From: an uncultured Alphaproteobacteria bacterium | Lineage (GTDB): Bacteria; Pseudomonadota; Alphaproteobacteria; Rhizobiales; Kaistiaceae | DNA length: 64,000 nt | Reading direction: 5' to 3' | NCBI GenBank assembly: GCA_963710805.1 | Contig: CAVQBS010000044.1 | Coordinates: 155,108 to 219,107, forward strand | Shown: positions 54,478 through 64,000 of the stretch, one piece after another | Layout of the letters: the number at the start of each line of letters is the position of its first letter | How positions within the stretch are numbered: the first letter of the stretch is position 1 | The notes under the pieces: model-generated | What the model was told of the DNA's origin: nothing | What the model saw: the letters and a program-made list of their open reading frames with translations, nothing else | The model's database searches: none | Translations under genes and position numbers: made by a program

Positions 54478-55325
54478 CAGTCGTCCTCCCCGCCATGGTC
54501 GGCCAGGCCGTCTCCGTCCTCCTCGTCCCGCGTGTCCTCCAGTATCTCGTCGATGCGCTCGTCGCTGGGCGGCTCCCAGCCGTCGGGCGCCGCCCGGAGG
54601 AGGTTCTCGCGATCGAAGGGGTTTAGCATGCGCGCGAACATGCGGTCGCGCTCGTCGTCGGTCATGGCCCCCATCAGCACCTCGTGGGATGCGTACCCGC
54701 CCCGCAGGCCGCGGCCGCCGCTTTCCAGACAATGACGCCGCGCGGTCGCGCTCATCTTGTCGAGCGCGTGCTGCGTCCTGGCGACGGCCTGCTCGCGCTC
54801 GCGCCTGAACTTTCGGTTCTCGTCCTCGATCCGGGCGATGTGTTGAGCCGGGTCCACGGCGAGCAACCGACGGTGCTGGACGGCGGCCCGGCGCGCCTTC
54901 TCCACCTCCTCGAAAAACAGGCCCGTATCGACGAACTTGCCTTTCGCGCAGAAGTGCTCGCGCACGGCCGTCGCCAGCTCAAAAGCCGACACTTTGCGGC
55001 GGGCCATCTCGGCCATCAGCAGCTCAGCCTGGGCCTCCCAGTCGATGTTGCCGGCCAGCGGCTTGGTGCGGATGACGCCGTTTGCGCCGACGAGGATCTC
55101 GTCGCTGGTAGCCGGCCGGTCGACCTTGGCGAACGCCTGCCGCAGGCGCGGCACCGTCCGCTGCGCTCGGCGCAGCGCTGGCACGTCGCGCCTGTCGACA
55201 GCGGCGGCGACCTGCTTCAGCTCCGCCTCAAGTCTCGCGTGCGCGTCGAGGCTGGCGGGCACGCCGCCCGCGCCCCCGACCGGAACCGGCAGCGGCGCCG
55301 CGTCCTTCTTGATCGGCTCAGCCAT
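54477..55325 (-). CDS. hypothetical protein, probably replication-associated
   Basis: overlaps the xis-like stop and the rep start (TGATG); helical/coiled-coil. Confidence 0.65.
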   Translation of the reverse strand: MAEPIKKDAAPLPVPVGGAGGVPASLDAHARLEAELKQVAAAVDRRDVPALRRAQRTVPRLRQAFAKVDRPATSDEILVGANGVIRTKPLAGNIDWEAQAELLMAEMARRKVSAFELATAVREHFCAKGKFVDTGLFFEEVEKARRAAVQHRRLLAVDPAQHIARIEDENRKFRREREQAVARTQHALDKMSATARRHCLESGGRGLRGGYASHEVLMGAMTDDERDRMFARMLNPFDRENLLRAAPDGWEPPSDERIDEILEDTRDEEDGDGLADHGGEDD

Positions 55326-55548
55326 GACGCGCCCCCACGGCCGCCTCGGCCTCGCGGGCAAGACGCCAGTCGCGCTCCGCTTCGGGCGTGATCCCAACGC
55401 GGTTGGGGCTCAGCCGCGCCTCGCGGGGACCGCGGCCCTCCTGGCGATTCTTCAGGTAGGTGCTCCTGGAGATGCCGTTGCGTCGGCAAAATTCCTTGAT
55501 GCTCCGGACGCGCCCGTCGTCGTCGGGCGTTGATGCTTCGCGTTCCAT
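55318..55548 (-). CDS. AlpA/excisionase-like HTH protein
   Basis: SIKEFCRRNGISRSTY...GRGP...RVGITPEAERDW. Confidence 0.82.
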   Translation of the reverse strand: MEREASTPDDDGRVRSIKEFCRRNGISRSTYLKNRQEGRGPREARLSPNRVGITPEAERDWRLAREAEAAVGARHG

Positions 55549-55661
55549 GTGTGACTTTCCTAGCTAGAAACGTCGCCCCCTGACCCCTACATACGCGAGG
55601 GCAGGACGCGCCTAGAAAAGCCGCAACGGGCGCGGTAGAATAATAACGGAATTTAGTTATC

Positions 55662-56851
55662 TCAGGACGACCGCCGCAGGGCGTTACCTTGTCCTCGCCG
55701 GCCGGGACGAGCGGCACGACCGCCGCCCGCGCCATCGCTTCCAGGCCGTCCGTGATCCAGCGCGAGTAGTGCTGCTCGATCATCGCGGTCGAGGTGTCGT
55801 GCGTGGCCGCAACCAGCCGCAGCGGTAGGTTGGCGCGGATGCCGCGAACGATGGAGCTGTGCCGGAGCGCGTAGGGGATGACGGTCGGCATGCCGGCGCG
55901 CCTGCGCACCGCCTCCCACGGGCGCGTCAGCTCGGCCGACGAGGACCACGGCCCGCGACTGTGGCGATGCCATCTAAGGAGGGCCTCGCCGGGCACCTGA
56001 ACGTGACGCCAGCGCTCGAGCAGAGGCTCGGCCGATCCGCGTCCCGTAACGGCCGGCAGCAGCGCGTCGAAGACGTCACCGCCGACCGGCACCGGAATGG
56101 ACTCGGTCTTGTGGCCCTGCCCCTTCCTGCTCGGCGGTACCATCACGCGACGGTTGCTGCGCTGCACGTCCCGCACCAGCATGCGGCGCAACTGCCCGAA
56201 GAGGGCGCCGGTCGCGGCCAGAAGGAGGACCATGCGGAAGAGGTCTCCGTCCCACTCCTGCGCGGCGTCCACTTCGCGCGCCGCGGCGATCAGCGCTCCG
56301 ACCTCGGCGTCCGACAGTATCTGGTTGGCGCGGGCAGTCGGCTCCCGCTCGTCGCCGGTCTTCGGCGCCTTCAGCCCGAAGCGCACGGTGGCGGGAAAGT
56401 CGGGGCCCAGGCGACGCCGGTGGCGGGCGTAGGCCGCGTTCAGGGCGGCCCGCAGGTCGTTGGTCAGCCGCTGCCGCGTGGATCCCCTCAGCGTCTCCGG
56501 CAGGCCGGCGCGCCAGTCCAAGAGGGCCTCCTCTCGCAGCTCGCTCAGCGCCGTCTCGGCGAGGGCGCTTGCGAGCACGTGGCGGGCCAGCCGGGTGTCC
56601 GCGTCCGACCGCAGCGGGCGTCCCTGGCGCTCGCTCTCGCGCTTGTTGCGCCCGGCGACGTAGTCCTCGATCGCCTCGCGCACGGTCGGCACGTCCCCCA
56701 GGCCGGCCGCCCCGTGCGCCCGCTCCACCATGCGCTGACGCGCCTTCGCCTGGGCCTGGTCGAAGGTCAGGACGACCAGGCCGTCGGCGTCCGAGAGGTC
56801 GTCGGCGATGCCGATGGATTCGGTCTCGTAGCGCTGCTCCCCGAGATAGTG
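55662..56851 (-). pseudogene. tyrosine recombinase/integrase, 5'-truncated by the ISL3 element
   Basis: IGIADD...LTFDQAQ arm remnant; YALRHSSI, HDTS, HY catalytic residues; catalytic Arg position reads TGAL; probable true end VTPLRRSS at 55662. Confidence 0.88.
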
Positions 56852-58926
<2,075 letters not shown>

Positions 58927-58975
58927 TGAGTAAGGGAGGATTTCCGGCTCATCGTAGCCCTTGGAGGGAGCGAAG

Positions 58976-59350
58976 ATGAGACAGAAATCCGGGACGGTGA
59001 GATCGCCGGCCGAACGGGTCGTGAAGGACATTCGCCGCGCGACCCGGCGGCATTTTTCGGCCGAAGAGAAGATCCGTATTGTGCTTGAAGGGCTGCGCGG
59101 CGAGGACAGCATCGCCGAGCTGTGCCGCCGCGAAGGGATCGTCCAAAACCTCTATTATCGTTGGTCTAAGGAGTTCCTCGAAGCCGGCAAGAAGCGACTG
59201 GCGGGCGACACGGCGCGGGCGGCGACCTCGGACGAGGTCAAGGACCTTCGCCGCGAGGCGAGCGCCCTCAAGGAAGTGGTGGCTGAACTCACCCTGGAAA
59301 ACCGTCTGCTCAAAAAAAGCGTGACGGGGGATGGGGAGGACGACGCATGA
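58976..59350 (+). CDS. transposase OrfA
   Basis: FSAEEKIRIVLEGLRGEDSIAELCRREGI HTH. Confidence 0.9.
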   Translation: MRQKSGTVRSPAERVVKDIRRATRRHFSAEEKIRIVLEGLRGEDSIAELCRREGIVQNLYYRWSKEFLEAGKKRLAGDTARAATSDEVKDLRREASALKEVVAELTLENRLLKKSVTGDGEDDA

Positions 59351-60327
59351 GATACCCGGCCTGCGAGAAGCTTGAAATCATCCGGCTGGTCGAGCAGTCC
59401 CATCTGCCGGCGAAGCGTACACTCGACAAGCTCGGCATCCCGAGGTCGACCTTCTACCGATGGTACGAGCTGTTCCAGAGCGGCGGGCCGGAAGCTCTCG
59501 ACGATCGTTCGCCTCGGCCTGATCGGGTCTGGAATCGTATTCCGGACGATGTCCGCGAGCGGATCAAGAAGCTGGCGCTGGAGGAGCCGGCATTGTCGCC
59601 CCGGGAACTGGCCGTCCGCTTCACCGACACCGAAAGCTACTTTGTGTCAGAAGCTTCGGTCTATCGCCTGCTCAAGGCGCTCGATCTGATCGCCAGCCCC
59701 GCCTACATCGTCGTCAAGGCGGCCGACGAGTTCAAGGACAAGACCACGACGCCCAACCAGCTCTGGCAGACCGACTTCACCTATCTCAAGGTCATCGGTT
59801 GGGGCTGGTTCTATCTGTCGACCGTCCTCGACGACTTCTCGCGTTACATCGTCGCCTGGAAACTGTGCACGACGATGACCGCCGAGGACGTCACCGCCAC
59901 CCTCGACCTGGCGCTCAAGGCCGCCGGGCTGGATCAGGTCACAGTCGTTCACCGGCCGCGGCTCCTGTCGGATAACGGCGCGAGCTACATCTCCGGCGAC
60001 CTCGCCAAATGGCTCCAAAGCCAGGCCATGGATCACGTTCGAGGGGCGCCCTATCACCCGATGACCCAGGGCAAGATCGAGCGCTGGCACCAGACGCTCA
60101 AGAACCGCATCCTGCTCGAAAACTACTACCTGCCCGGCGACCTTGAAGCCCAGATCGACGCCTTCGTCGCCGACTACAATCACCTGCGCTACCACGAGAG
60201 CCTGGGCAACCTCGCGCCGGCCGACGTCTACTTCGGGCGCGGCCAGACCATCCTCATCGAACGGGAAAGGATCAAACGACAGACCATCGCCAACCGACGC
60301 TTGCTGCATCGCCGGCAAGCCGCATAA
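59347..60327 (+). CDS. transposase OrfB (DDE)
   Basis: WQTDFTY, SDNG, GKIERWH. Confidence 0.92.
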   Translation: MRYPACEKLEIIRLVEQSHLPAKRTLDKLGIPRSTFYRWYELFQSGGPEALDDRSPRPDRVWNRIPDDVRERIKKLALEEPALSPRELAVRFTDTESYFVSEASVYRLLKALDLIASPAYIVVKAADEFKDKTTTPNQLWQTDFTYLKVIGWGWFYLSTVLDDFSRYIVAWKLCTTMTAEDVTATLDLALKAAGLDQVTVVHRPRLLSDNGASYISGDLAKWLQSQAMDHVRGAPYHPMTQGKIERWHQTLKNRILLENYYLPGDLEAQIDAFVADYNHLRYHESLGNLAPADVYFGRGQTILIERERIKRQTIANRRLLHRRQAA

Positions 60328-60663
60328 CATCACCAACCAGACGAGCCAGAGCCTCCCTCAAATGACCGCGCTCGCTGTCCCAAATTCTCTGACGACGGAC
60401 AGCCGATTGACACACTGAGTTTGCCGGCAAGGCAAAGGCGCAAGAGCTGGAAGAGGCTATCGACGGCCTAGACAAGATTGCCGATATGTCTGCTGTTATG
60501 CGGCTTGTATCGGCATGATTGCCGGCGGCACAGGCGGTTGCGCGCACGAAGAGCGGTAGCCATCCCCGGGACAACGGTGTTTGCCTCCGCGGAGCCACGA
60601 GAATTTCAGTGTCGCCGTGCAGGAACGGTTCAGGCTGCTCCGGAGGGGACGGCGAGCATAAGC

Positions 60664-61570
60664 CTATCTACCTTCGCCGCGGCCGCGAATCTCGACGCCA
60701 GCCCAACCCTCGATCACCCGCACAATTGACGTGAAATCGGAAGTGGGCCCGAACTCGCGATTGGTTATCGCGAGTATCTGCCGTACCAGGCCGCCGGCTA
60801 CCATCGGCACGCCCATCGCCTCCGCCTCGTCGATGCACATGCGCACGTCCTTGTAGGAGAGGCCAGTCGTGAAGCCGAAGTCGAACGTCCCCGGCAGCAC
60901 CGATCTCGGAAACTTGTCCTGTGATGCACTGTTGCGGCCGCTGCTGGCATTGATGATGTCGATCATCACGTCGGGATCGACACCGGCTTTCACGCCCATC
61001 GCCAAAGCTTCCGAGGTCACCACCAGGGCCGCCGCCGCCATCATGTTGTTGCCGAGCTTGACCACCTGCGCGAGACCCGGCTTCTCGCCGACGAAGAAGA
61101 TCTTGCCGAAATGGCTGATTATCGGCCGGATGGTCTCGAACACATCGGGCGGACACGAGACCATAAGCGCGAGGGTTCCGGCGCTAGCTCCTTTGACGCC
61201 GCCGCTTACCGGGCAATCCACCCATTGCTTGCCGACCTTTTCGAGCGCGTTGGCGACCCGCTTAGCCATCCCTGGCCCGCTTGTGGAAAGGTCAACGACG
61301 ATGTTTGCCGACCCCGGTGGCGACACCGTCAGGTCCGGTCACGGTCCGCTCGACAATGTCGGGCGTCGGCAGACTGGTGAAGACGATCTCCGCCGCGTCC
61401 GCCACCTCGCGCGGCGATGCCGCCCCCGCTGCGCCGCGGTCCACTGCCGTTGCCATCGCCTGCTCATCGATGTCGAACACGACGAGCTGGTAGCCCGCGT
61501 CGAGAAGTCGTCCCGACATCGGCCCACCCATGTTGCCCAATCCGATAAATCCGACCCGTTTGTCCGCCAT
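60664..61570 (-). CDS. 3-hydroxyisobutyrate dehydrogenase family oxidoreductase, apparent frameshift ~61310
   Basis: GFIGLGNMGGPM, DCPVSGG, VKLGNN. Confidence 0.88.
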
Positions 61571-61627
61571 GGGTAGCTCTCTCGCTGCGTTCAGTTCCCG
61601 CGCCGCCGGAACCTTTGACAGTTCGGC

Positions 61628-62395
61628 TTATGGCCCGGCGATTGTGATGCCGCCGTCGATCTTGAGGGTGACCCCATTGATCGACTGGCCTGCATCGGAG
61701 CACAGGTACACGGCAGCCGCGCCGATCTCTTCGGCCTCAGCGACCCGCCGCAGCGGTGTTCGTGCCTTGCGCGCCTCCCAGCCCTCGGCGGTGATGACGC
61801 TGTTGGCGCCGGGGGTCGATACCGGGCCCGGCGCCAACGCGTTGACCCTGATACCCTGGTGGCCGAGCTCGACCGCTTGTTGTCGCGTGAAGGCGTCGAG
61901 GGCACCTTTGATCGATGTGTAGACGGCGGCATTCTTGATTGAAAATGAAACGGCCACGGAACTGAGGTTGATGACCGTGCCACCGCCGCGCGCGATCAGA
62001 TGCGGCGTGGCCGCTTGGGTCGCCCAGAAAGTGCCTTTGATCCCGACGTCGAGCATGCGGTCAACGGTCTCTTCCGGCGTGTCGACCAGCGGTGCGTAGA
62101 AGAAGAAGACGGCATTGTTGACGAGGATGTCGAGGCCACCGGCCCGCGACGCCAAGTCGTCGATCGCCGCAACGACGGCAGCGCGATCCGAAATGTCGAC
62201 TGCAAACGCAAACCCCCTGCCGCCGGCCGCGTTGACAGACTGCGCGGTTTCGTCGGCTGCCGCGCCATTGATGTCGAGGCTTCCGACGGTCACGCCCTCT
62301 GCAGCGAGTGCCAGTGCGATGGCACGGCCGATGCCGCCTCCGGCGCCAGTGACGGCGGCGACCTTTCCGGCAAGGCCGGTTTCACCGATGCGCAC
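61628..62395 (-). CDS. SDR family oxidoreductase (start uncertain)
   Basis: TGAGGGIG, NNA, YTSIK. Confidence 0.88.
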   Translation of the reverse strand: MRIGETGLAGKVAAVTGAGGGIGRAIALALAAEGVTVGSLDINGAAADETAQSVNAAGGRGFAFAVDISDRAAVVAAIDDLASRAGGLDILVNNAVFFFYAPLVDTPEETVDRMLDVGIKGTFWATQAATPHLIARGGGTVINLSSVAVSFSIKNAAVYTSIKGALDAFTRQQAVELGHQGIRVNALAPGPVSTPGANSVITAEGWEARKARTPLRRVAEAEEIGAAAVYLCSDAGQSINGVTLKIDGGITIAGP

Positions 62396-62970
62396 GGTGA
62401 ATTGACCTGTCGGCGGCCCACGCATGGCCCATGAGTTCCTCCCGTTGGCGGCTTCTTCGTGGCCGCCACTCCTGTGTCGAGCTTGCCTCACGCATATCCG
62501 AGCCATGTTTCGGCAACAACGTCGCGAATGGCTATTTCTGTTATTCCGCCGCCGCCATTCCTCGACGCACGGTCAATCCGTTAGAGTGCGCGCCCGCGCC
62601 GCATCGGCCGATCGGCATCGCAACAGGCAGGCTTTCCAATGGTGCCCACGCGAACTCGGCTTCGTTGGCATTCGCCGGATGGGGAGTTTGTTGGCGTCAC
62701 CCGATATCCAAAGACAGTCGCCAGGATGACGAGGAAACTGCCCTGGCATGAACATTCGACCGCTTTCAGGGACGTGAGCTTCGGCTCGCCGCCGCGCCAA
62801 TTCTCGGCGAAAGACGCTACCTTTGAGGATTTCGTGGACGAACCCAGAACAAGGAACACACTGGGCGTGCCGCTATCCTGAGGCGTGCAAGCGACCCCGC
62901 CGGAAACCGTTCGCGCCCGTCGCGCGCAGCGGGTCAAGAATCATCCGAAAACCAAAACAAGGAGAGCACA

Positions 62971-63355
62971 ATGTCGAAAGAAGTCTTCGATCGTGGGCTG
63001 GCGATCCGCAAGGAAGTCCTCGGTGCGGAATTCGTCGAGGAATCGTTTCGCACGGCCGACGAGTTCAACCGACCGATGCAGGAACTCGTAACCGAATATT
63101 GCTGGGGCGCCGTATGGGGCCGTGAGACTTTCTCGCGAAAAACGAGGAGCTTGCTGAACCTTGCGATGCTGAGTGCGCTTAACCGGCCCCACGAACTCGA
63201 GACCCACATTAAGGGCGCGCTCAAGAACGGTGTGACCCGCGACGAAATCCGCGAAGTTTTCCTCCAGGTCGCGATCTATTGCGGCGTGCCGGCCGGCGTC
63301 GATTTCATTCCGCACCGCGCGCCGGGTCTTCGCCGATCTCGATAAGGCGGCGTAG
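62971..63355 (+). CDS. carboxymuconolactone decarboxylase family protein, apparent frameshift ~63304
   Basis: GLAIRKEVLG, YCWGAVWGR, AIYCGVPA; corrected end FRTARRVFADLDKAA-TAG. Confidence 0.88.
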
Positions 63356-63568
63356 CCTGCATTCGAAAGCGACAAGCCGCTGGCCCGGGGGAGCGCAGAA
63401 TTCCCCCGGGCGCGACGACGTCGACGCCATGGCGCTGTCGATCGCGCCGCATTTGTCGCCTGTCCGTTGCTGTCCCGGGATACCGCGCGCGAGTGTAGAG
63501 GCCACCGCAATTTCCGAGCCGCCTGCCGTCGATTGGGGCGGATGAGCCTCCGGCGAGAACCGGCCGCG

Positions 63569-63847
63569 CAGAAGGTCGTCATCGCCAAGGCGCTGGTTCA
63601 GAAGCCAACTCTCGTTATCTTCGACGAGCCGACACGTGGCGTCGACGTCGGAACGATCGTCGAAATTCACAATTTCATAAATCAGCTCGCCGACAGCGGA
63701 ATCGCCGTCGTCGTGATTTCCTCATACTTGCCGGAAGTGCTCGCGCTGTCGGATCGCATTCTGATTGCACGTCAGGGCCGGGTCGTCGAGGAGATGACCG
63801 TGGCCGAGGCGACCGAAGCCAAGATCATGTACGCGGCGGTTCACTAG
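63569..63847 (+). pseudogene. C-terminal fragment of a sugar ABC ATP-binding protein (RbsA/MglA type)
   Basis: QKVVIAK...FDEPTRGVDVG...ISSYLPE...SDRI; no Walker A or signature upstream. Confidence 0.85.
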
Positions 63848-64000
63848 GCTCCGGTCGCAAGCCTCGTTGCCTCGCTGTCGACTTTCTCGGGATCCGTTTT
63901 CACGACGTCTGTGCCGACAAGCCGCGCCATTTTCTTGATCTCATCGCGAACAATGTCGGCAAGACCGCGCGACGGTATCGTGGTGGGGCGCTGCGTCGAG
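63844..64000 (-). CDS. C-terminus of a gene extending beyond the window
   Basis: open frame STQRPTTIPSRGLADIVRDEIKKM...TGA-TAG. Confidence 0.35.
   Translation of the reverse strand, partial: STQRPTTIPSRGLADIVRDEIKKMARLVGTDVVKTDPEKVDSEATRLATGA

Larger units (their letters stand above)
48541..56851 (-). mobile_element. tRNA-Glu-integrated phage-satellite-like island (defective: integrase truncated)
   Basis: starts at tRNA 3' end; co-directional int, alpA/xis, rep with iterons, terS-like, protease and scaffold-like genes. Confidence 0.8.

Noticed and set aside
55217-55661. Long C-terminal extension of the integrase ORF
   Set aside because: Overlaps the alpA/xis-like gene; one missing C near 55680 restores a typical VTPLRRSS stop at 55662.
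60411-60518. Possible C-terminal remnant of a gene truncated by the IS
   Set aside because: Only about 35 codons with an upstream in-frame stop; too short to assign.

Overview
GC-rich alphaproteobacterial (Hyphomicrobiales/Rhizobiales-like) chromosomal segment. About 1-48.5 kb is mostly core: yebC, lgt, ruvC-(vapBC-type TA)-ruvA-ruvB, ybgC-tolQRAB-pal-cpoB-tilS-ftsH, an outer-membrane beta-barrel with CtrA boxes, a sugar uptake/oxidoreductase cluster, serC-serA, purA, a TPP riboswitch with a ThiXY-like transporter, rpoH and rluD. A tRNA-Glu(CTC) at 48465-48540 is followed by an ~8 kb phage-satellite-like island: integrase, AlpA/Xis-like gene, replication initiator containing four iterons, a TerS-like gene, an XkdF-like prohead protease and a scaffold-like protein with a triplicated C-terminal motif, but no recognisable capsid, portal, TerL or tail genes. 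The integrase 5' end is cut by a pile-up of ISL3, IS3, IS30 and IS3-family elements, followed by catabolic gene remnants. The two most interesting unexplained signals are this candidate capsid-hijacking satellite and a ~520-nt promoter-driven, highly structured non-coding region (43.6-44.1 kb) upstream of a small Cys-rich ORF. Many single-base frameshifts in essential genes (yebC, serA, purA) point to sequencing indel errors, so pseudogene calls need caution. All family assignments come from recognising motifs by eye; no searches were run.
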